NCBI GenBank assembly: GCA_950097015.1
Contig: CATNEN010000026.1
Location: forward strand, 992,001 to 1,056,000
DNA: 64,000 nt
Direction: 5' to 3'
From: Macrostomum hystrix
Lineage: Eukaryota > Animalia > Platyhelminthes
Made by a program: the position numbers and the translations under genes. Below the pieces are notes generated by a model. It was given only the letters and a program-made list of their open reading frames with translations. It ran no database searches and had not been told where the DNA came from. This document shows, one piece after another, positions 45,606 through 58,800 of this stretch (positions are counted from its first letter, which is position 1; each line of letters starts with the position of its first letter).

Positions 45606-46478
45606 TGAAATTAAAGACAGGTATTGCTTCCATTTTTTTGCTGCAGAAAAATTACTACAATCAATTACAAAACAATCTAACAACTAACAAACAATCACAA
45701 AACGGTATTAAGGATGGAGAATTATATCCTAACCTCCAACTAATGATAATAATAACCACACAAATAGATAGACTGCTTCCTCTCGCATCCTTACTTTAAT
45801 TCGATATGTAGCAAGTCAAGTTAACCAATTAATGATCCCGGGATGGGGGATTTTGAATCATAGGAATCCGGGGAAAAGGATTCTATGTTTGGGAAACATA
45901 AATTAAATTGCGGAACCTTATCAATATATCATTAGCTCCATCACCAATTACTACTAAACAGAGAAATAAAACATGGGAATACAGGAACTGGGTCGCGGGG
46001 ATCGCAATTACAAACTAGATACGCGCACGCGCGGGGGTTCGAAAGGTCGACTGACAATGGGGCACTTCTGCTTCTTCAGCATGCATTACCGATTATTTTA
46101 GATTTCAAATGAAAACAGAAAAAAGACAATTCCGGTTTTTCTTCCTTCGCAGACCGGAAATAAGCGATCGTAAAAACATTTCTGTCTTTAAAAACAAAAC
46201 TAAATTAAGCAACGCTGTTAGCCAATGAGTATTATGACAAAATTATGAGTAAAATCGCCCACCAAACAGACTTCAGTAAAGTGTCTTCGACATTGTCCAC
46301 AGTCAAGCCGACACTCTTAGCCACAGCGTTTCTATCGCTTTTGAAATCCCAAGTGTTCGTCCCCAGTAGCGGCTTCAGGCCTTTTTCTCCTTCTGATTAC
46401 CCTGCAGTGGCGGCTCGTCCCCATTAGTTGATGGCGGCTGCTGTCCTCTTTGACGACAAAAGTAGACAACGACACCGA

Positions 46479-49400
46479 TCACAATAGCCACGATGATAAC
46501 AAGGGCAACAACAAAATCAATAATAATGATAGTATTGCCGCTGACGGCACTGCTCTGATTGGTGGCGGCGCTGTAGTTGTCGTTGGTTCCGGAGTCGTAG
46601 TCGTTGTTGGCGGCGCTGTAGTTGTCGTTGGTTCCGGAGTTGAAGTCGTTGTTGGCGGCGCTGTAGTTGTCGTTGGTTCCGGAGTCGTAGTCGTTGTTGG
46701 CGGCGCTGTAGTTGTCGCTGGTTCCGGAGTCGTAGTCGTTGTTGGCGGCGCTGTAGTTGTCGTTGGTTCCGGAGTCGTAGTCGTTGTTGGCGGCGCTGTA
46801 GTTGTCGCTGGTTCCGGAGTCGTAGTCGTTGTTGGCGGCGCTGTAGTTGTCGTTGGTTCCGGAGTCGTAGTCGTTGTTGGCGGCGCTGTAGTTGTCGCTG
46901 GTTCCGGAGTCGTAGTCGTTGTTGGCGGCGCTGTAGTTGTCGTTGGTTCCGGAGTCGTAGTCGTTGTTGGCGGCGCTGTAGTTGTCGTTGGTTCCGGAGT
47001 CGTAGTCGTTGTTGGCGGCGCTGTAGTTGTCGTTGGTTCCGGAGTCGTAGTCGTTGTTGGCGGCGCTGTAGTTGTCGTTGGTTCCGGAGTCGTAGTCGTT
47101 GTTGGCGGCGCTGTAGTTGTCGTTGGTTCCGGAGTCGTAGTCGTTGTTGGCGGCGCTGTAGTTGTCGTTGGTTCCGGAGTCGTAGTCGTTGTTGGCGGCG
47201 CTGTAGTTGTCGTTGGTTCCGGAGTCGTAGTCGTTGTTGGCAGCGCGATGTCGCAGGTGCGGAACAGCTGCGGGTGCAGGTCGCCCTTGGTTTTAGGAAT
47301 CTGGCTGAACTGGATCAGAGCTGGCATCGAATCGCTGCCTGGCACACAGGAAAAATGCACGCTGCCGTTGCTAAGCCAATTAAGGGCTACAGGCGCTGGG
47401 TTTTTATTACAGCCGGTCAAAATCTCACGAGTCCTGAAATCGAATAATTGACATTCTAAACCATATGATATTTACAATATCCTTTAGACTAGACTCGGGA
47501 TAGAGAAGCAGCACTCACACTTTCACTTGCTTGACAATGCAGTCGTCTATCGGATCTGAGTAAAACATGACCGGGTCTTCCTCGCTGAAGGAGGATTCGT
47601 TCACAAAGTAGCCGGTCCACAGTCTGAGATTAGTCAGGGCCAGTGGCGACTCGTAAGGATACTCGTCTTTCCTGGCTTTGTCTGAAGGAAGCGCAAAGAT
47701 GTGACAAGATTGAGCACAATTGAGCAAAAGTATCCTCATTAGAAATTCAAAAAAGAAATTCGTACTTCTCTCAGAGAATCTGCGCAGAAAGTCTAAGATA
47801 TCCCGGCCAGAAGAGGCGTTTCGGACAGTGAAAAAGTTGCCGAGTAAGAGTTTTCCAACCTGATTGGATTGAGCTGGCGACACATTCTCAGGAGTGACCA
47901 GGTAGCAGTAGTTATCGAGATCCATCATTTTCAAGTGGCAAAATTTTGGGTGCAGCACCCACGCATCCATCTGCAATCCCTTGGCATCGGAGCGGACTTG
48001 CTCATAGTCAGACTGGAATTCCAAAGTCAAGTAGTACGACCTGCAGAGTGAAGTGGGTAGTGAAGCAGCAGGGTCTCAACTCGCATTCTCATAAGAGAGC
48101 TCAGTAAGAAGCTGCAGTGCTACTCACGAGTCCCACAAGTTGATTATTTGCCGTCTTAACGGCAAGAATTGGAAACTGCGTGACACGGACGATTCACTGC
48201 ACCAGTACTCCTTCCGCCAAGCAGCTGAAATGTGTGCAGTCGGCTGATAGCAGCTGTTGTGAATACTCAATAATAATTAAACAGAGATGTTCGCAATATT
48301 TATAGAGTAACGAAATTACACTCGTAAAGCCAAAACGAAAGCACCACATTTTCCTTAATAAAAAGCCACACAATGCCGGCTTGTACTTCCACATTAGAGT
48401 TTAATTTCGTCGGCTTTCGATGCAAATTAACTCTGTGACTCGGAGTTTTAGTTGAATTACTATAAATGATTTCTCCTTGATAGAAGTGTTGAATTGTCGA
48501 GGGTTGAGAGGAAACTTAGAGGAAACTTTTGTCTTAAGCCAAGCCACTCACTCTCGTTGTACTTATGCCAGAAGCTGAACACGTCGGTTTTGTTGCAAAA
48601 CGGGTCAGTATTGTTGTCAAAGTCCACCACGGGCACGTCAATGTACATCTGTCTGGGCTGGTCATAGTTGATCGCCTTTAGAACCCAGTCGCACTTCAGG
48701 TTCTTCGTATAGCCCGGATCATCTCGGACATACGTCATCACCTGAAATAGACGCAGCTTTCTTTTATCCAGGCTCTAAGTGTGTCTTGGAGGTTGAGCAA
48801 GTCGTTTAAATAGCATTTTCTTCACACTTAGCCATCTATATAACTATTGCCAGCATTAGCTCGGATAAATACTTTTGTGGGGAGTCGCGGCCTCCTCAGT
48901 CCACGTACAGGCACACAGCCTTTGGAAGCGCAGTCTATAAATTGTCATTGGCTGCAAATCTGACCCAACTGGGTGCTAATAAAACTCGCTTTACTTGGCT
49001 ATTCTTAAGGCATGGCTTACGTACTCAGTACATAAGTATCCTCTAATCTAAGGATTTCTTATCTTCTGGTCGATAAAGGCCGTTTGCAACATACTACTCA
49101 CCCTCTGTGGGTTGAGATCACCAATTAAGACTCTAGTGACTTTGTAAACGGACATAACGTATGCGCCTCTGGTGTCCTGCATGCAGTGCTGATCTTCAGA
49201 CCTGGCAGTAGCTGAAAATGTTTAATAAATAATTAATAGCACAGATGTGAGCAGAACTCATTTCAAATAAAATTCTATTAAATCAGGGTTTGTAGCCTAG
49301 TGGTTTTCTCAAACTAATCGACTTGAAGGTCGGGGGTTCGACTCCGACTTCACTGGAACAACTTGTGTCCATTAGCAGGACAACTCACTCAGCATTGCTT

Positions 49401-49669
49401 CAGTTCACCCAGCTGTAAAACGGGTACTGGCTGGTAATTGAGGGTAGGTGTGGCCCCCGGTCCATGGACTGAACAGCTGCATGCTGCCTTCAGATGAGCC
49501 GCGCAATAGCTACGACTGTGCTGTGTTGCACATGTAGCCCCAACGGGCAATTGTAATCAGCGAATATAATTAATAACCAATATCATTATATAACCTCCAC
49601 GAACAAGCCACTTCACTTACCGATCAGCAGCAGAGAAATAACGAGTAATGAGCTCAGCTTTGTAGTCAT
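46479..49669 (-). CDS. Multi-exon cell-surface protein: signal peptide, CUB-like domain, Cys-rich lectin-like region, Thr/Pro mucin stalk, C-terminal hydrophobic (GPI-like) signal
   Basis: GT-AG exons with compatible phases: 49669-49621 (MTTKLSSLLVISLLLI), 49211-49102, 48741-about 48559 (GYTKNLKCDWVL...DFD...C..TDVF), about 48224-48130 (YWCS), from 48040 (LTLEFQSD...KG; CYLV; LWTGY), and a last exon about 47433-46479 ending AAILSLLLILLLPLLSSWLL. Internal boundaries are approximate. Confidence 0.8.
46563..47242 (-). repeat. 45-bp coding repeat, about 15 copies, encoding TTTTTPEPTTTTAPP
   Basis: Unit GGCGGCGCTGTAGTTGTCGTTGGTTCCGGAGTCGTAGTCGTTGTT. Confidence 0.97.
49286..49570 (+). mobile_element. 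tRNA-derived SINE in intron 1 (antisense to the host gene)
   Basis: A box TAGCCTAGTGG, B box GGTTCGACTCC (49335-49345), central CACCCAGCTGTAAAACGGGTAC typical of conserved SINE bodies, AT-rich tail. Confidence 0.75.
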
Positions 49670-50059
49670 GTTAAGCTTTCAGTTCTGAAACAGAGTTCAA
49701 AAATTAGATTTATGATGTTAGGATGCAAAAGTTTGTGCCTCATAAAAGCACATCTTGTATTGCTCCTAGTAAGCCTACTTCGATATTACTTCGATACTAC
49801 TACGCAACAGTAGTAATAATAAAAAAACCCACCTATCCATCCATCCATCCACCTTTACTAAATCTCTAATTAGTAAATGTAAGTGATACTAGTAAGAAAT
49901 AATTCATCTTTAGCAGAAAACCAATGCCCCCAATAGCAGAGAACCAACAATGCCCCTCTTAAGAATAGAACCAATGTCCCCTTAAGCAAGGTTCGCCCCC
50001 ATTTCAGCGAAGAACAATTCATAAATCGTCCTGCTTGCCATTTAAATGTTAGCTGCTTC

Positions 50060-50440
50060 AGGGCAGCTGTTATCTTATTTTCCATGTTTCTTGTCGATGT
50101 AGTTTGCCAGTGCTTCAGAGGTTTCCCTGTCGTCTTGTGCCGCCAATATGTGGTTAGATTTTTCTTCTGCTGTTAGGGACGTGAAATTAGGAGTTTCACG
50201 CCCTGAAATTTTCTTATCGAAATTCGAACGTGATGAGCTATAACTATTCCAACTGCACTTAAATAAGAACTGGAACTCGTTTTCCACTTCAATTTTGCAC
50301 TTACTACATAATATATTCTCATAAGGAACTTTCTGTCTGGCAGCTCGCAATGTTTCGCAAGCTAGCTTGTGGTTTCCTAGTCTAAACGAGGATAGAGTAC
50401 GACTCAACTCCGGGTAACATTTCTTTTACATATTATTCGG
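50060..50440 (-). mobile_element. LINE 3'-end remnant (CR1/L2/Crack-like C-terminal Cys region)
   Basis: SSFRLGNHKLACET...P.ENILCSKC..EVENEFQFLFKC. Confidence 0.75.
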
Positions 50441-50599
50441 CTGAATAATATAGCTAAAAATAATAAGAGATAAGAGTTGGGTCTGCTAATAGCTTAAAAA
50501 TGATGGAGTCCGGGCGGGTCCTCGCTGGCTGCGATCTAGTGTCACTAAATGAAACCATGAAAATAGTTTTGATGTGTTTATTAGCGTACTTTATGCATA

Positions 50600-50890
50600 A
50601 CTTGAAAAAGGAGGGGAATTTATAGATCCCAAAATTCGGTTTCTGCTCCCCAGAGGGGGCTAAAATTGCTAGTCCATCCAACCACCTATACTAAATCTCT
50701 AAAGTCTGTCTGTCTGTCTGTCGAACGACGCTCCACAGGCTGAATGTCTCAACCAAAATTGATCGTGTTTTTTTTAAACAGTCCAAATGTTACTCGCAGG
50801 ACACCGTGAAATTTTTGACAATTTTTTTGCTTTGATTCGAAAGGTATTAAATATTCGAAAAACTAGTTTTCCTAATGCATTTAATGAGAG
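50600..50890 (+). mobile_element. Helitron 3' end (to 50673) followed by another Helitron-like 5' portion
   Basis: GCTCCCC-AGA-GGGGGC hairpin plus AAATTGCTAG|T; then CTATACTAAATCTCT plus (GTCT)n and family body (TTAAATATTCGAAAAAC...CTAATGCATT). Confidence 0.7.
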
Positions 50891-52677
50891 GCCAAATAAG
50901 GTTAAATTCTTTGCTGACTGAATGGTAATTGCAATAATGATTGCATTATGATTTCTAGCGAAAAGGCTCGGCTACTCAGCTGTGTGAATAATGGAATTTT
51001 GAATAAATTTGAATTTGAATAATGGTCTTTAATATAAAAGCACTATTAAAGACTTGCATTTTTTAATTATCCTAGGCCTGTTGTAATGGTTGAAATGGAT
51101 AAATGAAAACAACTCAATTAACTAGGTATTTCAAATAGTTTAAAGTCTACCTTATGAAAACTGTATATTGTACATATAGGTCTTTGATGGTTCTTAGTAT
51201 GCTTCTCAGTATAGTTCTTAGTATGGTTCTTAGTATGGTTCTCAGTATATCTCTCAGTATCTTCTCACAAATGACTAACACAATGACTTCTTTTCCTCAA
51301 ACCACTTTTTTATATCTCGAACACACTTAAAGCTTCAACAATGACTTGACTTTCGGCCAACAATTTTACTCACACACTCTCTCACTCTCTTACACGCACA
51401 GCGAATTTATTTTTCTGTCTAAAAAAACTGAGGCTATATATACAAGAGTTTTTTAGCATTTGTTTAAATGGTGAATTTTCACAAAATAATATTTGCATGG
51501 TAATCATTAAAACAAAAATATTCATTCAGTATTACTTTCAATATAGTAAAGAGTAAAACATAATGTTGTTTTTTGGCGCGTATTTAATTTTTAGATTTTT
51601 TATAAAACATATTACAACAAAAAAATGAAACATATTTAAACTAAAACTGATCATGTATTTACAACGTTACACTAAGCTAAAAATGATTTTTTCTGGTTAT
51701 CTCTTCTGACGAAATAAGTGTGTATATTTCACTTTCAAATATTTCAAAAAAATTTAGATTTCCTTTTGAATTCAGGAAAATGGTTGGATAGCTTTATTAG
51801 CAACTGCTTTTTATTTGCACTAGTAATTGCTTCCTGAGATCAATGCATAAAATAATTTCAGTTTCTACTTTGTGTATTCTTTGAAGAGTTAAAATTAATG
51901 AAACTAAATATCTAAATTTCTTACTACAAATCTTACTAATTTTTTTTAAATACTTAAATTTAAATAAATAAAAAGAATCATACAACTAACTGGAAATATT
52001 TTTAAGGGAACTGATTTGTATATTAGCTTAGCTAGTTGAAATGTATATTCTGATTTTTAAAAAACCCTGCAAAGTGCTTTGATTGACCAGCTAAATAGCT
52101 ATATTAGCACTACCTACAACATCATATTGTACATAATTGCTGTAGCGAAATAAGTAATAATTAAAAAGTACAAAATGAGAAACACAACAGTTGTAAACGT
52201 TCTGTTGGAGGTTTTAACATTTCCGTAAATTGGTAATTTCCACAAAAAAATCGAGACATAGGAACTAGTCAAATCTATACTACAAAAGTAGGCTTGCTTT
52301 TAGTCGGTGCGCGAGAACACAAGAAAAGTTAAAAAAATGGGACTGTACCAATAGGAAGACATTATAATTTTTTATATTAATTTCATAATTAACTAAAAGA
52401 TCGCTATTTTACAACTCAGACTTTGTTTCACGTAAGAACAAAAAGATCATTGTAAGGTTTTGTTATTCTGTAATCTGAAATACGACAGATTTCTCGAAAA
52501 ACGACAGACACTATATAGCTAGAATATAACTAGAATTATTCTTGCTATTTTTTAGTTAAACTTTTATTTGGCGATTTTCCTGAAACAATTAGTTTTATTT
52601 TTGGTGCATGTTTTTGATGCAAAAAGCATCTTTGGTGCACTAAAAAGAAAATTCAAGCCTGTCCTAAAAACTAAAAT

Positions 52678-52910
52678 TACATTCACCTAGATTCGAGGTA
52701 GGCTTTCCGATGGGTTTTTTTTGAGTAGTCCATTTTTCTAGTTCATCATACTCTGTTACAATAGGGATTCAGCGACCTGTCCGCAGGCTTTAGATTTTTC
52801 TTATTTGTTAAATTCTTCATTGATTTAGTCAAATCCGTAAGTTTTTCATCTCTTTTCATTTTTAATTTGCTAGGAAAAATTTTGACTATACCACGGACTC
52901 TTCCAGCGAA
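52678..52910 (-). repeat. Second fragment of the Crypton-associated upstream sequence
   Basis: Homologous to 23247-23310 and 23378-23540 (CTAGATTCGAGGTAGGCTTTCC, CAGCGACCTGTCCGCAGGCTTTAGA, CCACGGACTC). Confidence 0.75.
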
Positions 52911-55140
52911 GAATTCCAGAAGAAGAATTCCAGTGAAGAACGTGCAGACGCTAGACTGGAGGGGTCAGAGTGTAAAGGGACACGGGAGAAAATCAATAAT
53001 AGAGATCAAAGGGTGGAGCTGGCAAATAACCGGGGTTAGAAAAGGAGATTAACACAAGGGTGTAAAGTGAACAGGATTGGTTCATAATAACTCGCGATTT
53101 CCCGACACTCCCCCAAAAATGGAAGCCATTTTTTATGAAATCATTTGGAAGGCATGACAGGGGTTGGGAAAGTTAATTGGGATAATTACGAGTCGCTAAA
53201 CGCAATTTAACTTCAGAAGCATTTATAAGAAAAAGAGATGTAGCTCAAAAGCAGGGATGACAGTTTAAAGAGATTAATTGTAGTTTATTCGATGGAGATT
53301 ATGTGAAAAATACACCAACACCAAAGGCGAAATGAATTAATACGAATACCAGTTGAACTCGGATAAGAGAGTGGATAAGCGAATGAAATCTCAATCTACT
53401 GGAGCGACTAGGCATTTTGTCTTTAAGTTTCACTGGTCCACAGAGAACGAATCCCAGATTGGACGACGCAGCCGCCGGTCCCTCACACCCACGAACGACT
53501 TTACCACCGACAATATCGTAGTAGTGATCAGCGCCAATTAGGATTGAGATCGGTGCTTGCATCACGAGGGTCGTACGGATCCGCTAAGTCCAAGCCGTTC
53601 AGGTGAGGGAATTCGTTCACTAAGACTGAGCGCTGAGGCTCGCAGATCTCTTTGACAACATTAGCACGCAATTTCAGAACTTAGTGTGAATCGATTTTTC
53701 GAATTGAGACTGAGACGCTACGATGCAATTGTGGTATTGATACCTGTAAAGGTCGACACCTTCAATGATTCAGTTGTGGCGGACTCGATGTTTAAGAGTT
53801 CACACACATCCTTCCTGATGTATGACCTATTGCTAGCCGTGTCCAACAAGACTCGGACTAGAAGTTCTCGTTGACCGTCAGTACTGAGCGAAATAGCCTT
53901 GGCGACAGGAAGGGCAACAGATGGGTTACTACTAACAAACATTGTCGCTGTAAAGCTGTGGGACAAGCTCGCCGATGAATCGGACACATTCCATCCATCT
54001 CGAGTGGCACACGCCGTGACCGTGGAGCCAGTATAGCTGACGCTGGATTTGAGTCGTTGAGCGTAGACGTAAACTGTCTTTTGAAGTGATGCATCTGTCT
54101 GCTCTGCGGAGGTCGGCAGACACTGGTCACGTGACATGGGTCTTTTCCCCTTTTCCCGCCTTCATTTTGAGCCACATGTATGTGCCGATCGCCAGTTTTA
54201 GGTTTATGAGCGGCAGGGATGCAAATGCTTACTTGATGAGCTCCTCCACAGTTTCTGCACTTTCGTGAGTCATTGCACATGCGAAGCCCATGGCCTGTGC
54301 GCAAGCAACGAAAACAGCGATTCTCTTGTTGCAGGAAGGTCCGGCGGCTATTGGCCGTGGCAACCTTTTTTCAAGCTTCTGACCTGTGCCCTAATCCACA
54401 GTAGGCGCAGTACACCTTGCCCGCAGGCCCTTTCTAGAAATTGTTTCGAGATTGGACTGCCAAGGTCGAAATCAAAGGTTTTGGCAGACTGACAAGCCGT
54501 TCACAATCTTGTACCGCCTTTTTGCCAATGCGGTAGCTCCCTTGCCAACCTCAATGTCTGCACTCGGAAGACGCAAGAACTATTTCACAGAATTTTTCAC
54601 AGAGTAATTTCGGCAGCAATCGACTTTCATACGAGGTGGTTTTCATGCCTCGAGGTTCAAGGCTGCGAACCGCAGCCGAAACATCATCATGAAACCGTTG
54701 AAGACTGGATAGAGAAATGTCCGTCAGCTGGTTCATAAGTTGGTTCATAAGGTCTCTAATGATTAGATCTGGTTAGCCAAAACGACCGGTGAGAATCTCG
54801 ATCGCGGCCTGGTAATTGGCACCAGTTACCGCGAGGCCTCGAATGCAAGTCTTTGCTGATTCGGAAAGAGATGCGAGCAGATAGTTGAACTTGTCAACCT
54901 CAGCAAGAGCCGAATTGACAGAAGAAGAGAATTGATCCCAAAAGAGCTGCCAACCGGCGATTGTGCCGTTGTATGTGGGCAGCTGACGCTGGGAAGTTTG
55001 ACATGAGGAAGGGCTTGAGCTTGAGCTTGCGTGCAATACTCAGGTTGCGAAGGAGCATCCGGCAAAGGCGATTTCCAAGTTGACGCTAACCTGCTTTCTA
55101 AGAGTTTAATGTACTTGCGACAACGAAATGATTTCTGCTC
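52910..55140 (-). mobile_element. BEL/Pao LTR retrotransposon remnant, internally deleted (no RT/RH/IN seen)
   Basis: Gag LPTYNG...WQLFWDQF...DKFNYLLASL...A...I.GL...NY..AI.IL..RFG, zinc-knuckle-like C..C..H..SIC, protease LLDTASNRSYI, ILIGADHYY. Candidate PPT GGGGGAG (53108-53114) followed by TG at 53107. Confidence 0.88.
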
Positions 55141-55151
55141 GTGACCATCAT

Positions 55152-55432
55152 TTTATTTAAAATGAGTTTTGCTAACATCTGTACTATTAATTATTTATTA
55201 AACATTTTCAGCTACTGCCAGGTCTGAATGTCAGCAATGCATGCACGACCTAGTCCGTAAACTGCCCGTTGAAATTGGAGACCCAAACGCGCAGAGGCTG
55301 AGTAGTATCTTGCAAACGGCATTTATCGACCAGAAGATAAGAAATCCTTAGATTAAAAGTGACTTATGTACTGAGTACGTAAGCGATGCCTTAATAATAG
55401 CCAAGTTAGCGAGTTTTATTAGCACCCAGTTA
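55152..55432 (+). pseudogene. Inverted partial paralog of the CUB/mucin gene (exon 2 at 55212-55297 plus flanking intron)
   Basis: Reverse-complement similarity to about 48960-49270. The exon reads TARSECQQCMHDL...PNAQR; the donor GTGAGT is changed to CTGAGT. Confidence 0.8.
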
Positions 55433-55889
55433 GCACCCAGGGGCGTGTCGTGCAATTTACGCCCTTGAGGGCCAACCTCCAAGGCACAGTGAGAGTGTAC
55501 ACTGTCTCAAGATGAGAAAGTTAGCGCAGCTGCATACACCTGTGTGAGTGTGTGCTCAGGAGTCAGTGAAATGGGCAGAATTGCCTCCTCGGTGGCTGCG
55601 AATTTCAGATAAGGTAAAAATGCATTTCACTGTTTAAAAGAAAACATTTTTACCCTTTCCTTACATAACTCAGGTACACATCATCATTCCTTAGTGACAG
55701 AAACTTTAAGTTATTTATGAATTCTACGATAATTTATGAAAGAATTGTTTTCTCGCTCGTCTACTTCTAGTAGAATTGTTGCCATTACAATTCCAAAACA
55801 CTTTTACTATATACTAAACATAGATTTACTGCTCTGATAAAAGTGCCCCATTAAAAATTAGTTCCGAGATATGAGAGTAAGTATGAGAT

Positions 55890-58800
55890 AGCAGGAAAGG
55901 ATTGGGAGAGTTGGTTTGAGGTTAAGTGCGGCATTGGGAAGGGGTTGGTTTGAGGTTGAGAGCGGCATTGGGAAGGGGTTGGTTTGAGGTTAAGTGCGGC
56001 ATTGGGAAGGGGTTGGTTTGAGGTTGAGAGCGGCATTGGGAAGGGGTTGGTTTGAGGTTGAGTGTGGCATTGGGAAGGGGTTGGTTTGAGGATAAGAGCG
56101 GCATTGGGAAGGGGTTGGTTTGAGGTTGAGTGCGGCATTGGGAAGGGGTTGGTTTGAGGTTGAGTGCGGCATTGGGAAGGGGTTGGTTTGAGGTTGAGTG
56201 CGGCATTGGGAAGGGGTTGGTTTGAGGTTGAGAGCGGCATTGGGAAGGGGTTGGTTTGAGGTTGAGTGTGGCATTGGGAAGGGGTTGGTTTGAGGATAAG
56301 AGCGGCATTGGGAAGGGGTTGGTTTGAGGTTGAGTGCGGCATTGGGAAGGGGTTGGTTTGAGGTTGAGTGCGGCATTGGGAAGGGGTTGGTTTGAGGTTG
56401 AGAGCGGCATTGGGAAGGGGTTGGTTTGAGGTTGAGTGCGACATTGGGAAGGGGTTGGTTTGAGGATAAGAGCGGCATTGGGAAGGGGTTGGTTTGAGGA
56501 TAAGTGCGGCATTGGGAAGGGGTTGGTTTGAGGTTGAAAGCGGCATTGGGAAGGGGTTGGTTTGAGGTTGAGTGTGGCATTGGGAAGGGGTTGGTTTGAG
56601 GATAAGAGCGGCATTGGGAAGGGGTTGGTTTGAGGTTGAGTGCGGCATTGGGAAGGGGTTGGTTTGAGGTTGAGTGCGGCATTGGGAAGGGGTTGATTTG
56701 AGGTTGAGTGCGGCATTGGGAAGGGGTTGGTTTGAGGTTGAGAGCGGCAATAGGAAGGGGTTGGTTTGAGGTTGAGTGTGGCATTGGGAAGGGGTTGGTT
56801 TGAGGATAAGAGCGGCATTGGGAAGGGGTTGGTTTGAGGTTGAGTGCGGCATTGGGAAGGGGTTGGTTTGAGGTTGAGTGCGGCATTGGGAAGGGGTTGG
56901 TTTGAGGTTGAGAGCGGCATTGGGAAGGGGTTGGTTTGAGGTTGAGTGCGACATTGGGAAGGGGTTGGTTTGAGGATAAGAGCGGCATTGGGAAGGGGTT
57001 GGTTTGAGGTTGAGAGCGGCATTGGGAAGGGGTTGGTTTGAGGTTGAGTGCGGCATTGGGAAGGGTTGGTTTGAGGATAAGAGCGGCATTGGGAAGGGGT
57101 TGGTTTGAGGTTGAGTGCGGCATTGGGAAGGGGTTGGTTTGAGGTTGAGTGCGGCATTGGGAAGGGGTTGGTTTGAGGATAAGAGCGGCATTGGGAAGGG
57201 GTTGGTTTGAGGTTGAGTGCGGCATTGGGAAGGGGTTGGTTTGAGGATAAGAGCGGCATTGGGAAGGGGTTGGTTTGAGGTTGAGTGCGGCATTGGGAAG
57301 GGGTTGGTTTGAGGTTGAGTGCGGCATTGGGAAGGGGTTGGTTTGAGGTTGAGAGCGGCATTGGGAAGGGGTTGGTTTGAGGTTGAGTGCGACATTGGGA
57401 AGGGGTTGGTTTGAGGATAAGAGCGGCATTGGGAAGGGGTTGGTTTGAGGTTGAGAGCGGCATTGGGAAGGGGTTGGTTTGAGGTTGAGTGCGACATTGG
57501 GAAGGGGTTGGTTTGAGGTTAAGTGCGGCATTGGGAAGGGGTTGGTTTGAGGTTGAGTGCGGCATTGGGAAGGGGTTGGTTTGAGGTTGAGTGCGGCATT
57601 GGGAAGGGGTTGGTTTGAGGTTGAGAGCGGCATTGGGAAGGGGTTGGTTTGAGGTTGAGTGTGGCATTGGAAAGGGGTTGGTTTGAGGATAAGAGCGGCA
57701 TTGGGAAGGGGTTGGTTTGAGGTTGAGTGCGGCATTGGGAAGGGGTTGGTTTGAGGTTGAGTGCGGCATTGGGAAGGGGTTGGTTTGAGGTTGAGAGCGG
57801 CATTGGGAAGGGGTTGGTTTGAGGTTGAGTGCGACATTGGGAAGGGGTTGGTTTGAGGATAAGAGTGGCATTGGGAAGGGGTTGGTTTGAGGTTGAGAGC
57901 GGCATTGGGAAGGGGTTGGTTTGAGGTTGAGTGCGACATTGGGAAGGGGTTGGTTTGAGGATAAGAGCGGCATTGGGAAGGGGTTGGTTTGAGGTTGAGT
58001 GCGGCATTGGGAAGGGGTTGGTTTGAGGTTGAGTGCGGCATTGGGAAGGGTTGGTTTGAGGATAAGAGCGGCATTGGGAAGGGGTTGGTTTGAGGATAAG
58101 AGCGGCATTGGGAAGGGGTTGGTTTGAGGTTGAGTGCGGCATTGGGAAGGGGTTGGTTTGAGGTTGAGTGCGGCATTGGGAAGGGGTTGGTTTGAGGTTG
58201 AGTGCGGCATTGGGAAGGGGTTGGTTTGAGGTTGAGAGCGGCATTGGGAAGGGGTTGGTTTGAGGTTGAGTGTGGCATTGGGAAGGGGTTGGTTTGAGGA
58301 TAAGAGCGGCATTCGGAAGGGGTTGGTTTGAGGATAAGAGCGGCATTGGGAAGGGGTTGGTTTGAGGTTGAGTGCGGCATTGGGAAGGGGTTGGTTTGAG
58401 GTTGAGTGCGGCATTGGGAAGGGTTGGTTTGAGGATAAGAGCGGCATTGGGAAGGGGTTGGTTTGAGGTTGAGTGTGGCATTGGGAAGGGGTTGGTTTGA
58501 GGATAAGAGCGGCATTGGGAAGGGGTTGGTTTGAGGTTGAGTGCGGCATTGGGAAGGGGTTGGTTTGAGGTTGAGTGCGGCATTGGGAAGGGGTTGGTTT
58601 GAGGTTGAGTGCGGCATTGGGAAGGGGTTGGTTTGAGGTTGAGAGCGGCATTGGGAAGGGGTTGGTTTGAGGTTGAGTGTGGCATTGGGAAGGGGTTGGT
58701 TTGAGGATAAGAGCGGCATTGGGAAGGGGTTGGTTTGAGGTTGAGTGCGGCATTGGGAAGGGGTTGGTTTGAGGTTGAGTGCGGCATTGGGAAGGGGTTG

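Noticed and set aside
46450-47451. 333-aa Val/Gly-rich ORF on the plus strand
   Set aside because: Antisense shadow of the Thr/Pro mucin repeat.
49286-49360. Possible tRNA gene
   Set aside because: A and B boxes are present, but there is no convincing cloverleaf and it continues into a SINE-type body.
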